Assembly (NCBI GenBank): GCA_001600695.1
Contig: BCKQ01000001.1
Location: 796,432-860,431, forward strand
Source: Ascoidea asiatica JCM 7603
Taxonomy: Eukaryota > Fungi > Ascomycota
Direction of reading: 5' to 3'
Length of the DNA stretch: 64,000 nucleotides
The notes beneath the pieces are model-generated. The model saw only the letters and a list, made by a program, of their open reading frames with translations, had not been told where the DNA came from and searched no databases. How positions within the stretch are numbered: position 1 is the first letter of the stretch; each line of letters starts with the position of its first letter. The position numbers were made by a program, and so were the translations under genes. Positions 46,522 through 57,361 of this stretch are shown here, one piece after another.

Positions 46522-49500
46522 ATGTCAAGATCTCCGAATAATGATGATGAGGATGATGAATTGTCTCATGTTTCTGATGAAGAAAATGAAAGAGTAGTTG
46601 ATTCTTCTGAAGAGGAAGATGACGATGATGAAGAAGAAATGCAAAAAGTTCAAGATGGTTTCATTGTAGATGATGATGAGGCTGATTTATCAGTATCTGA
46701 AGAAGAATCACATAGATCTCATAAGAAAAAAAAACGTAAACATAAACGTCATAGAGAGAAACAAAGAAATGATGATGATGATGATGGTTTAGATGAAGAT
46801 GATCTAGATCTTGTTATGGAAAATGCTGGGGTTTCAACTGTAAAACCGGCTTCTAAAAAACTTAAACGTCTTAAAAGAGCCAGATCTGATGATGAGGATG
46901 AAGACGAAGGCGATTATGATGGTGATGATAGAGAACCTGGTTTAAATAATATGTTTTCTGATGATGATTTAAGTGAGGTTGAAGAACCTGCTGTTGATGA
47001 TACATATTACAAAAGTAATAGAGCTCATGATAATGAATTCGATGATTTTATCGAAGATGATTATGCTGAAGAAGATGAAAGAGATAATAGACAAAAATCT
47101 TCAAGAAAACCTATAAGAAAACAAAATAGAGGACTTTACACTCAAATATCTGATGATCTTAATCAAGAACAAGGTGAAACTTTAATGGAAATCTTTGGTG
47201 ATGGTCAAGATTATGATTGGGCTTTAGAAATTGAAAAACAAAATGAAATGGAAAATGGTGAACTATATGATGAAAATGATCAAGATGAAAATAAAAATAT
47301 ACCTGTTTTAACTGATTTATTTGAACCAAGTGAATTAAAAGAAAAAATGTTGACTGAAGAAGATAATGAAATGAGAATTCTGGATATTCCTGAAAGATTT
47401 CAAATAATTAGATCAAAAGTTGGTGATCTAAAAAATTATAATTTAGACTTTAAAACTTTTCAAAAAGAAATTGATTGGATAACTGAAATTTTAGGTTATG
47501 AAAAACATGCTTTATTGGAAGGTAAAGTTAATTTACAAGTAAAGTTTGTAGCTGCTGTATCTTCTGCTGTTACATTTATCGTTAAAGAAAATTTAGAAGT
47601 TCCTTTTATTTGGACTCACAGAAAAGATTTTTTAGTTGCTATTGAAAATTCAAGTGGAGTTGATGATAATGATGATTATTCTCCCGAAAAAAATATGGAA
47701 CAAATGGTACAATTACTTACTGAAGATGATTTATGGAGAATTGTTCAATTAGATATTGAATTTCATAGTTTATTAAATAAAAAGAAAACTGTTGAAAAAT
47801 TATTCAAAGTTGTTTCAAAAGATACTATTGATCCTGATCCAGTTATTGCTGATGCTATTTCTGCTGCAAGTAAAATCTATGAACTTCAAGATTTATATGA
47901 TTTCTTATCTTTTTTTTACTCAGAAAAGCTCAAACATATTAATGAAAATGATTTAGAAAATCTGGATAATGAAGAAGGATCTGATGCAGAGGCCGAAAAA
48001 CCTGCTTCTTCAAAACAAAAAAGACCAGCAAGAAGCAAAAAACATTCTAAATTTAGTTTTTATGATAGAATCAGAAAAAGTGAACTTTATGATGTTGTTA
48101 GATCAATGAATATAACAGCTGCTCAAATTGCTGAAAATATAAGTAGAGCAAAAATTAGAATTCATTTTGTTGATGATGCTGCTCAGTCTCCTGAAGAAAT
48201 GATTGAAGATATCTGTTCAAGACCAACTGCTTTATATAAAAATCCTGAATATGCTTTAGAAGCTGTCAAACAAATGTTTGCAGAAGAAATGTTTTATGAA
48301 TATCGTATGAGAAGTGTTATAAGAGATGCTTATACTAAATTTTCTAGAATTGATATCAAATTAACTGAAAAAGGTAAAGTTAAAATTGATAGTACATCTC
48401 CTTATGCAGATTTTAAGTATTCCAAAGGTAAAACAATGTCATCTTTAGTTCAAGAACCTGATTTATTTTTAAGAATGTTAGAAGCTGAATCCTTGAATTA
48501 TGTTGAAGTTCAAATTGATTTAACTTCTAAAAACTTGTTATTGGCTCATATTTTTGATAAATATATTGCTAGTGAAGGTGTTTCCGATGTTTCTCTGAGT
48601 TGGAATAGTTTAAGAAAAGCATGCTTGAATTTGATGATGAAAAAATTAGGACCATTAGTTTCTTTACACATTAAAGAAGAGTTAAAAAAAGAATGTGAGC
48701 GTTCACTTTTCTTTCAAGTTAGAAAAGCTGCTTATAGAAAAATTAATCAAACACCTTATAAACCACCAAGATATGTTTTAGGAACAACTCCAACTGCAGT
48801 CACTATATCATGTGGGTCAGGAAATTTGGGTAATGAACCAATTCAAGCAGTTTATATGAATGAGTTTGGACTTGCTGAGGATTCTGTTGTTTTTAGTGAG
48901 AACCCAATGAGGGATCCTTCATTTGGCGAAAATTTTCGTGGATTTGTTGAGACACATAGTCCGGATGTTATTGGGGTCGCTGGTTATAATGCAAGAAGTA
49001 AGCAATTTTTTGAGCATATAAGAGAAATTGTAATTGAGTTTTCTTTGGTGCATAAGACAAAGGAAGAAGCTGCTAGAGATAAAAAAATGAGAGATTCTCT
49101 TGAAAAAAGGAAAAGAAATAATGAAGATGATGCTGCTAAATTCATTATTACTGCCAAACAAATTGAAAATGGGGAAAGTGTCGATTCCGAGACTGCAGCA
49201 AAATATATGGAATATCAAGATCGTATCAGAAAAGAGCATGACAAAATTACTATGGATTATTATAAAGATAATGGTCAAGTTAGTGAAGAAGAATTGCAGA
49301 GAAGAGATGAAGAATATAGGAAATATGAAGAGTATAAAGAAAAACATCCAAAAGAATCTTTGATGACTTTAGCAGATTTCAAAAATAGAACTGAAAGTAA
49401 AAATCGTCCTAAATTAGAGGTAATTTGGGTTCCTGATGATGTTGCTAAACTATATCAATCTTCTCCAAGAGCAAAAATAGAATTGCCAGTTGCTACAACT

Positions 49501-51315
49501 TTAACTAGATATTGTGCTGGATTGGGTCATTTTCTTCAATCTCCTGTACTTGAATATGTTTCATTAAAAGATGATATAATTGCGGTTCCATTCCACAAAA
49601 ATCAAAATCTTCTTCCTCCTGAAAAATTGGTAGAAGTAATTCAGAGTGTTTTAGTTGATGTCGTTAATTTGACAGGTGTTGATATTAATTTAGCTGCTCG
49701 AGATTCTTATTTTGGTGCTGCTTTACCTTTTGTTGCTGGGCTTGGACCAAGAAAAGCTTCCGGACTTATCCAGGCTATTCAAAAGATGGGTTCTAATTTG
49801 AAAAATAGACAGCAGTTAGTTATTAATGCTTTAACAGCTAAAGTTATTTTTATGAATTCTGCCTCTTTTTTGAAAGTTCTTAGGGTTCGATCTAATCAAA
49901 AGAAAACTCAGGATGGTGAAAAATCAATTCCAGAAGAAAATTATGATGAAGAAGTAGATTTATTAGATGAGACAAGAATTCATCCAGAAGATTATGACCT
50001 AGCTAGGAAAATGGCAGCTGATGCTTTGGATTTAGATGAAGAAGATATTGTTAGTACAGATGTTATTAATACTTTATATGAGCCTGAAAAAGTAGAAAAT
50101 AACTTGGTGAGATTGAATGATTTGATTTTGGAAGATTATGCTGTTGAATTAGAGAAAAAATATAAGAAAAAAAAGCGGTTGACTTTGCAATTGATCAAAG
50201 AAGAATTACAAAATCCTTATGGTGAAGTCAGAATACCATTCCATTTATTATATCAAGATGAAGTTTTCACTGCATTAACAGGTGAAACTGAGGAAACTTT
50301 TTATCCAGGGCTTGTTATTCCAATTACGTTAAGGCAAGTCACAGAACGTTTCATATCTGCACAGACAACGTTTTTGCTTGATGTTAACATTGCAGATGAT
50401 ATGATTCCAAGACAGGAAGGAGTAATGATAAGAGATACTTATAGACCCCAGCAGACAATACCTGCCAAAATAATTGAAGTTAATTATGCAGATTTTAGAT
50501 GTGAAGCAAGTTTACTTCCAAACGACGTAGCATATCCAGAATTAAAAGATGTTGCTAGAAATGAAAATGAATGGAATTTTGAAGCAGAGTTCGCTGATTC
50601 AGAGAAAGAGCGTAGGAAAGCAGAAGCAGAAAAAAGAGCTAAAAAATTTGTACGTCATGCATTCTTTCAAAATCTAAATAGTAAAAAAGCAGAAGAATGG
50701 CTAGGACCTAAAGATAGAGGTGATTTTGTAATAAGGCCATCTTCTAAAGGTGAAAATCATTTGGCTATAACATGGAAAGTTGATAAAAATCTTTTTCAAC
50801 ATTTAAATATAGTAGAAGAACAAGATACTAATGGTACCAAATATTATAAAATAGATGATTACAAATATTCTGATTTAGATGATTTGATAGAAAATCATAT
50901 AAAGAAATTAACAAGAAATCTTGATAGAATCTCCAATAATGAAAAATTTAGAAATGGCTCAAGAGAAGCTGTTGAAGATTATCTTAATACTTATTCCAAA
51001 GCCAATCCTAAGAGGGGATGTTATTTGTTTTGTTTTGATTATAAACATCCTGGTTGGATTTTATTGTTGTATAAGCTCAACTATAAGTCTAGGATTTACA
51101 CAATGCATGTTAGAATAGGACCTGACGGATATTACCTTGATAATTATGCTTATACTTATGTTGATCAATTAACAAATGGATTTAAACAGATAATGAGAAA
51201 TAGAATAGCCGAATTTGATTCTCAAAGAAATAATAGAGATTCTTCAAGATATGATTATAATTCTAATATGCAGTCAAGACCTCTTTCTTCTAAAAATAGG
51301 TGGAATAATAATTAA
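46522..51315 (+). CDS. SPT6: Transcription elongation factor / histone chaperone Spt6
   Basis: First ATG at 46522. Acidic N-terminus (DSSEEE, GFIVDDDE), FEPSELKEKML, DIPERFQ, EVPFIWTHR, HhH FVAGLGPRKA, LDETRIHPEDYDLARKMAADAL, S1 and tandem SH2 (FVIRPSSKG...ITWKV). Confidence 0.98.
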   Translation: MSRSPNNDDEDDELSHVSDEENERVVDSSEEEDDDDEEEMQKVQDGFIVDDDEADLSVSEEESHRSHKKKKRKHKRHREKQRNDDDDDGLDEDDLDLVMENAGVSTVKPASKKLKRLKRARSDDEDEDEGDYDGDDREPGLNNMFSDDDLSEVEEPAVDDTYYKSNRAHDNEFDDFIEDDYAEEDERDNRQKSSRKPIRKQNRGLYTQISDDLNQEQGETLMEIFGDGQDYDWALEIEKQNEMENGELYDENDQDENKNIPVLTDLFEPSELKEKMLTEEDNEMRILDIPERFQIIRSKVGDLKNYNLDFKTFQKEIDWITEILGYEKHALLEGKVNLQVKFVAAVSSAVTFIVKENLEVPFIWTHRKDFLVAIENSSGVDDNDDYSPEKNMEQMVQLLTEDDLWRIVQLDIEFHSLLNKKKTVEKLFKVVSKDTIDPDPVIADAISAASKIYELQDLYDFLSFFYSEKLKHINENDLENLDNEEGSDAEAEKPASSKQKRPARSKKHSKFSFYDRIRKSELYDVVRSMNITAAQIAENISRAKIRIHFVDDAAQSPEEMIEDICSRPTALYKNPEYALEAVKQMFAEEMFYEYRMRSVIRDAYTKFSRIDIKLTEKGKVKIDSTSPYADFKYSKGKTMSSLVQEPDLFLRMLEAESLNYVEVQIDLTSKNLLLAHIFDKYIASEGVSDVSLSWNSLRKACLNLMMKKLGPLVSLHIKEELKKECERSLFFQVRKAAYRKINQTPYKPPRYVLGTTPTAVTISCGSGNLGNEPIQAVYMNEFGLAEDSVVFSENPMRDPSFGENFRGFVETHSPDVIGVAGYNARSKQFFEHIREIVIEFSLVHKTKEEAARDKKMRDSLEKRKRNNEDDAAKFIITAKQIENGESVDSETAAKYMEYQDRIRKEHDKITMDYYKDNGQVSEEELQRRDEEYRKYEEYKEKHPKESLMTLADFKNRTESKNRPKLEVIWVPDDVAKLYQSSPRAKIELPVATTLTRYCAGLGHFLQSPVLEYVSLKDDIIAVPFHKNQNLLPPEKLVEVIQSVLVDVVNLTGVDINLAARDSYFGAALPFVAGLGPRKASGLIQAIQKMGSNLKNRQQLVINALTAKVIFMNSASFLKVLRVRSNQKKTQDGEKSIPEENYDEEVDLLDETRIHPEDYDLARKMAADALDLDEEDIVSTDVINTLYEPEKVENNLVRLNDLILEDYAVELEKKYKKKKRLTLQLIKEELQNPYGEVRIPFHLLYQDEVFTALTGETEETFYPGLVIPITLRQVTERFISAQTTFLLDVNIADDMIPRQEGVMIRDTYRPQQTIPAKIIEVNYADFRCEASLLPNDVAYPELKDVARNENEWNFEAEFADSEKERRKAEAEKRAKKFVRHAFFQNLNSKKAEEWLGPKDRGDFVIRPSSKGENHLAITWKVDKNLFQHLNIVEEQDTNGTKYYKIDDYKYSDLDDLIENHIKKLTRNLDRISNNEKFRNGSREAVEDYLNTYSKANPKRGCYLFCFDYKHPGWILLLYKLNYKSRIYTMHVRIGPDGYYLDNYAYTYVDQLTNGFKQIMRNRIAEFDSQRNNRDSSRYDYNSNMQSRPLSSKNRWNNN

Positions 51316-51722
51316 GCCAGTTTTTGTTATATATATTTTTTATAAACGTTACATATGTTATACTTTAGTATTTTTTTAATTCTTCTGTCCTGTTTTAATA
51401 AAAATGGCTTTGAGATGCCTTAGTACTTAATTTATGTTTTCTGATAGTAGTAACAAGTAGTTCATACATATTTTGAAAGCTCAGTTTTAAAGAACCGGTA
51501 TGTTCACTGTATTGTTAATAACTATTGCGGTAGGGCATTCAGTTGAGAGGGCCCAGAACTAAGCTCAAATCGATGAGTTGTTGATAGTTTTCAAATAGTT
51601 TTTCACCTCAAATAAATTTGAAATGAAAAGAAAGAATATATTTTGAAAATATAATATTCAAATTCAATTCAGTTGATAGTTTATATTGATTATCTCAATT
51701 TGCTTCTTTTGTACTTCAAAGA

Positions 51723-53159
51723 ATGGGGTTTATGAGAAAGTTTTCACAGACTTTGTTCTGTGTGTGGATTTTGTTGTATACCTATATAAATACATATCCT
51801 AGTTTTAATGAAACGCAATGCTCTTGGAGAAAAGAAGATACAATAGAGAAAGACATTCATGATTCTAAAGCTTACTTTATCTATAAAAGATTTGGCATTG
51901 ATTCATTGCCATACTTTGGTGACTGTTATTACCAATATTTTTTGAAATCGGAAGATGAATTGGTCAATAAAGAGAAAAAAATAAGAGATATAAGAATGCT
52001 TACTTTTGGAGATCCGCAGATAAATGGTAATTGGGATGCAACACCATATATTAAACGTCTTGATAATTATGGTAATGATCATTATCTAGGTCACATATAT
52101 AGCGTTATGAATGAAAGATTAAATCCAGATTATGTTGCTGTTATGGGTGATTTATTTTCTTCTCAATGGATATCCGACAGTGAATATTTCAATAGAACTA
52201 GGAGATATTTGACTAGATTATTTAAACAACCTGAGAATAAAACTAAAGATATCATGGATTTTATAAATACACATGAGAGGGTTGATTGGCAAGCTTTTCA
52301 TGATTCTCAAAATGAAGCAAAATTTGAGGATATGCAATACGGATTCAATGATGTATATGATTGGATTGATCCTTCATTAAAACAACCTGGTGAAAATGCA
52401 TTATTTATAAATATTACAGGTAACCATGATGTTGGATATAGTGGTGATGCAACATGGCAACATATGGCAAGATATAGAAAATTATTTGGAAAAGATAATT
52501 ATTGGATTGAATATAATAGAGGAACGCCTCAAGCTTATAGAATTGTAGTTTTAGATACACTAACATTGGAAGGACCTGCTTTGTCTGAATTTTTTGTTGC
52601 TGATACTTGGAATTTTTTAAAGAAGCTTGAGGAACAAAATTTTGAAGGATCAACTATTCTTTTAACTCATATTCCTTTTTTTAAGAGAGAAGGGTTATGT
52701 TATGATGGACCTTATATAGAATATTATGATTTAGTTACATGCAAAACAGAGAAATATAAAGTTGGAAAATTGAGAGCTCAAAATTTCATATCGCAAGAAA
52801 CTACTAACAAAGTTTTAGATATTGTTTTTAAAAACCAAAAATCTGGTATTATTGCAACTGGTCATGATCATGAAGGTTGTGAAAATTATTTCAGTAAAAA
52901 TAAAACAACTAATGAATGGGTTGCTGATAATAAAATATTGAATAAAGATCAGTATATCAAAGAAGTTACAGTTAGATCTATGATGGGTGAATATCATGGT
53001 AACACCGGTTTAATTACAGGTATATTTGATGAACAAAAGCAACAGTGGAATTTTGATTTTTCATTATGTCCTTTTCAAATTCAGCATTTATGGTGGGCTA
53101 CAAAAGTTGTTACAATATTAGTTGCTATTTTCTTACCAATAAGTTTAATGTATTTTTGA
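51723..53159 (+). CDS. TED1: GPI-remodelling metallophosphoesterase Ted1
   Basis: FGDPQING, KRLDNYGNDHYL, MGDLFSSQWI, TGNHDVGY, LLTHIP, TGHDHEGC and EVTVRSMMG; N- and C-terminal TM segments. Confidence 0.95.
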   Translation: MGFMRKFSQTLFCVWILLYTYINTYPSFNETQCSWRKEDTIEKDIHDSKAYFIYKRFGIDSLPYFGDCYYQYFLKSEDELVNKEKKIRDIRMLTFGDPQINGNWDATPYIKRLDNYGNDHYLGHIYSVMNERLNPDYVAVMGDLFSSQWISDSEYFNRTRRYLTRLFKQPENKTKDIMDFINTHERVDWQAFHDSQNEAKFEDMQYGFNDVYDWIDPSLKQPGENALFINITGNHDVGYSGDATWQHMARYRKLFGKDNYWIEYNRGTPQAYRIVVLDTLTLEGPALSEFFVADTWNFLKKLEEQNFEGSTILLTHIPFFKREGLCYDGPYIEYYDLVTCKTEKYKVGKLRAQNFISQETTNKVLDIVFKNQKSGIIATGHDHEGCENYFSKNKTTNEWVADNKILNKDQYIKEVTVRSMMGEYHGNTGLITGIFDEQKQQWNFDFSLCPFQIQHLWWATKVVTILVAIFLPISLMYF

Positions 53160-53224
53160 AATCAGAATTTGGAAAATTTCATTGAATAAAAATTTATTTT
53201 TATATAACTATATATTAAAAACTT

Positions 53225-56053
53225 TTAATTTCTATCAGTTCTAAGGGACCTTGCTTTTTTTCTTTCATTTAAGCTTAATACCCAATCTATATCAGATTCT
53301 TCATTTTCATCATCAAAACCCATTATCATAATGATTTGGGTAATTCGAGTAAACTCACTTCTCATAACATAATTTTGAAATTTAGTGAACTCATTAATAA
53401 TAATTGATAATTTTTTCTCAAGTACAATTACTCCGTAAAGATTCACTTTTCGGGCTAATAACCAAACTTTTTTTTCAGTTAATGTTGCTATTAGTTTGAT
53501 AACCATAAGCAATAATTCTTGTAAAAGAACAGGAGATAAAATTTTTGCATAAGGTTTTATTAAAGAAGACCAATTTCTTAAAAAATTTGACAATGGAAGA
53601 TCTTCGTCATTCATTGAAGTTGATTGATAAATCAAAAAATTACTATTATTGAAGTAATCCCCGATCATTATCTTTAATTTATTCTTGAAGCATTGGTTAA
53701 ATAAGATCGTTATATAATCTTTAATAACAGATTTTAGTTTTTGTTCAATAAATGTATCAATAAGATTAATCTGAATAATTCTTTCAAGCTTGATTAAATC
53801 AGATCCATAAGGAAAATTATTTCCAAGAATTGATTTATTCTGCGTCCCTTCTGCATTAATATCGGAGTCATTTCCATTTTTCTGTTCTATATATTTTTTA
53901 ACAATTTTCAGAAGATATTCAGAAAATGAGGATAAAGAGTTTAAATATAATAGGTAGTTAAAAATTTTATTATCATCATCAGTATCTATTGCAAATGAGT
54001 TTAAAGCAGAAGCTCCTCTTGATAACATACTTCCTACCATTGAAGTGTTACCTATCGGTGTGGCTGATCTTTTTATTGAACTAATTAAACCAGAATTTAA
54101 GGTAGTACTTCTTTGAATATTAAGAGAATTTCTAGGTGTAGTTTTGTCAATTAAAGTAAGAATTGAACCATTTCTAGGCTGATTGATTAAAAATTTTTTT
54201 GCCAAAATTTTTAAAAAAATATTAATTAAAAAATTCTTTGATAAAAATATAATTAAATTTTTCAATATTATTGGTTGTCCTGATTCAATGGCCAACTTAA
54301 GACAATTATTTATAATCAAGATTAAATCCTCAATAACAGAGGAAGTTGGAGGAATTGTTGATGAATCTGTTTTTTCCTTTTGTTCATAACTGGAAGTTCT
54401 TTCATAATAATCTGAAATAAGAGGTAATTCTTCAAGTTTAAAAATTTTTTCTGTAGATTTTTTTAAATAAAATTCTATTAGTAAACTAACATTTGAAATA
54501 TAAGTTGTTTGAATTTTATGATTAAATGAAGAATCAATTAAATGATTAGGTAAATGAAGTTCATTAGTTGAAATTCCAGTTAGTATTACAGATTGATCAG
54601 TTAAAAAATTTTCAATATCTTTCATTTCTTCCTCATTTATTTTTAATTCATCTATTGAATATTGTAAAGCTTTAGAAATTTCATTATTATTATTTTTATA
54701 GGAAGTAAAATCTGTACCTATTGAATGACTTGGAGTTAATAAATTAATAAAATTTGATTTACTTTTTTCAATTTTTTCCTTTTCATTTTTTAAAACACTT
54801 TTTAATTGAATTAAATAATTTTTCCATTTAATTGAAGTAAAACTACAATATAAAGCCCATCTATTTAAAATGTCTATAATTTCAGTAAATAATTCACAAA
54901 TTTTTATAACAGATAATTCATCATCACTATCATCATCATCATCAATGAGTGATGCATTATAATTAACACCTGAATTATTATTATTGTTTAAATCGTTTGA
55001 AACTGGATTTATTTGAATATTTCCTGTTTCTAATAAGTTATGTAAATATTTGAAATCATAATTATTTAAGTCATTTAATATTTTATTTAAATTTTTATTA
55101 TCCCATAAGGTATCTATTATTAAACAAGATTGTAAATCAATTTCAATTTGAAAATTTTTTAAAATTTTGAATATTGAAAATAAATCATAATACCTTATTA
55201 TTATATTTGAATGTTGATTAATTAAATTTATTGAAATTTCTAATAATTTCATTAAAGTTGCAGAATAAATTCCAAATTTGAAATTGATTGAAGTATTTAA
55301 TAAATTGGCTTGAATTAAAGCTCTTGATTGAGTTGAGATTAAATTTGAAATAAATTTTGAATAACAATTTAAACCAAGATTTTTTTCATTAATTAATGGA
55401 AAATAAGAGAAAAATTTGGTTAATTTTTCAACATCTTTTGAAACCGCAGCATTATTAAATTCTTTTACAAATAATTCTCTTAAAAAAATTTTCCAATTAT
55501 TTATTAAAACTTTAGGAATATCTGGAATCTCAGATGATGGAATCATAATATTTGAAAATTTACTATCATTTAATAAATTTTCAGGCAAATGATTTAAAAT
55601 AATATTCATTGAATTAGAAGCTCTTGACCAATCTTTATTATTTAAAGCTTCATCAATAATTGAAATATTATTTCTTAATTCTTTTAAATTTGAAACAAAT
55701 ACTTGAGTTTTTTTAACTCTAATCCTTTTCAAATCTAAAAATTTAATCTTATATGATAAATTTAAAGATAAAAAATTTAATTCATTCAAAATTTTAATCA
55801 ATTCTGAAGAAGTTGTTAGATTAGTTAATAGATTTGTTTTTGCTAAATCCAAATTAAGATCATAACTTGTATTATATATAGAATATTTATAGTCAATAAA
55901 TTGTTCAAGATATTCTGTTATTTCTTCATCTTTGGAGATTAAATCTGATCGAATTTTCACTAATTGAGATTTAGAAAGATTATTGGATTGAATGGATTGA
56001 AGAATCTTTTCTAATTCACTTGTATCTATTATATTGTCATTAATTTTGTTCAT
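53225..56053 (-). CDS. COG4: Conserved oligomeric Golgi complex subunit 4
   Basis: First ATG at 56053 (the track starts at a GTG). LSYKIKFLD, IPSSEIPD, FNNAAVSKDVEKLTKFFSYFPLI, SSVIEDL, VNLYGVIVLEK, MRSEFTRITQI and DWVLSLNERKKAR. Confidence 0.88.
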   Translation of the reverse strand: MNKINDNIIDTSELEKILQSIQSNNLSKSQLVKIRSDLISKDEEITEYLEQFIDYKYSIYNTSYDLNLDLAKTNLLTNLTTSSELIKILNELNFLSLNLSYKIKFLDLKRIRVKKTQVFVSNLKELRNNISIIDEALNNKDWSRASNSMNIILNHLPENLLNDSKFSNIMIPSSEIPDIPKVLINNWKIFLRELFVKEFNNAAVSKDVEKLTKFFSYFPLINEKNLGLNCYSKFISNLISTQSRALIQANLLNTSINFKFGIYSATLMKLLEISINLINQHSNIIIRYYDLFSIFKILKNFQIEIDLQSCLIIDTLWDNKNLNKILNDLNNYDFKYLHNLLETGNIQINPVSNDLNNNNNSGVNYNASLIDDDDDSDDELSVIKICELFTEIIDILNRWALYCSFTSIKWKNYLIQLKSVLKNEKEKIEKSKSNFINLLTPSHSIGTDFTSYKNNNNEISKALQYSIDELKINEEEMKDIENFLTDQSVILTGISTNELHLPNHLIDSSFNHKIQTTYISNVSLLIEFYLKKSTEKIFKLEELPLISDYYERTSSYEQKEKTDSSTIPPTSSVIEDLILIINNCLKLAIESGQPIILKNLIIFLSKNFLINIFLKILAKKFLINQPRNGSILTLIDKTTPRNSLNIQRSTTLNSGLISSIKRSATPIGNTSMVGSMLSRGASALNSFAIDTDDDNKIFNYLLYLNSLSSFSEYLLKIVKKYIEQKNGNDSDINAEGTQNKSILGNNFPYGSDLIKLERIIQINLIDTFIEQKLKSVIKDYITILFNQCFKNKLKIMIGDYFNNSNFLIYQSTSMNDEDLPLSNFLRNWSSLIKPYAKILSPVLLQELLLMVIKLIATLTEKKVWLLARKVNLYGVIVLEKKLSIIINEFTKFQNYVMRSEFTRITQIIMIMGFDDENEESDIDWVLSLNERKKARSLRTDRN

Positions 56054-56456
56054 TTTCAATCCAAATTCACTTGAAAAGACCTCATAATCTTTTATTATAT
56101 TGATTGAACTTAATGAGTTCACTTGTTTGCAATAATATATTCAATTTGATTAAATAAATGATTATTATAATTATGATTGTTATGATTATTATTAACAAAA
56201 GGGTAATAAAAATTGATGCGTTGTTTTTCTTGGGTCTAAATTTTGAAATTTGTACGTAATGGGGATTTTTTAGTGTTGTTTTCTGTGCCAACCGAAAAAG
56301 ATTGAATTTTAATAATTAAAATATAACTAAACACAATATAAAAATGAATTTTAATATATCTCAGTTAGCTAATCAATCAATCAGTGATAAGTACAGATAA
56401 CCAAAGTATAATATAATAAGAAAAAAGAACAAGAAAATAGTATATAAGAAGGCAAA

Positions 56457-57275
56457 ATGTCTAGTTTCAAAAGAGATCAAAGTAAAATGAGCAGAGGCAA
56501 CAGTGAGAATCCATTCAAAAGAAGAAGAGCAGGAACAGCTTGGAATAATAATGACAGTTCTATGATAAGAATCCATAAATCCCAGAGGGAGAATCCAATA
56601 ATCAAAACAATTAAGTCAAATAGAATTGGATTTGAATTCACTGGAATGATCCATTCTGATTACATGATAAATTTATCAACTTATATTTTGTTTTTATCTT
56701 TAAAATATCATAAATTACATCCAGAGTATATTTTTAAAAGAATGAAGAAGTTTGGATTAGGTAATTCAATTGAAAAAAATAATAATTTGAAAATATTGTT
56801 ATGTGTGTTGGATATAGATAATTCAAATATAGATTATTGGGAAATTTTGAAAAATTTAAGTAGATTATGTGTTTTTAATGATTTTACTTTAATTTTAACA
56901 TGGTCTTTTGAAGAAGCTGGAAATTATATTTGTGTTATAAAGAATTTATTCAATTCAAACTCTAGTTCCAATTCAAATTCAAATTCAAATATAAATAATC
57001 GATTAATTAAAGGAGAAATTAAAAATGATTATTATTCTAGATTCTTAGCAGTCTTGACACAAATCAGAGGAGTTAATAAAACTGATGTTTCAAATTTAAT
57101 CAAATCAAATAAATATAAAAATTTTAAAGAATTAATATTGGATAATACAATAAAATTAAAGGAACTTAATGGTTGGGGTCCAACGAAAATTAATAGATTT
57201 AATACAATAATAAATCAACCGTTTATTATAAATGATACAAATTTAGAAGATCAAAAAGAGAAGAAAGCAGAATAA
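56457..57275 (+). CDS. RAD10: Nucleotide-excision-repair endonuclease subunit Rad10/ERCC1
   Basis: SQRENP, SDY, LFLSLKYHKLHPEYI, WSFEEAGNY, and a C-terminal HhH pair (IRGVNKTD...NGWGPTK). Confidence 0.93.
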   Translation: MSSFKRDQSKMSRGNSENPFKRRRAGTAWNNNDSSMIRIHKSQRENPIIKTIKSNRIGFEFTGMIHSDYMINLSTYILFLSLKYHKLHPEYIFKRMKKFGLGNSIEKNNNLKILLCVLDIDNSNIDYWEILKNLSRLCVFNDFTLILTWSFEEAGNYICVIKNLFNSNSSSNSNSNSNINNRLIKGEIKNDYYSRFLAVLTQIRGVNKTDVSNLIKSNKYKNFKELILDNTIKLKELNGWGPTKINRFNTIINQPFIINDTNLEDQKEKKAE

Positions 57276-57361
57276 TAATAGTATTTAAAAGAAAAAAGCA
57301 AAAAAAATAAGAATAATAAAAGCATATATTGTACATTAATTAGTTTAACATATAAAATGAA

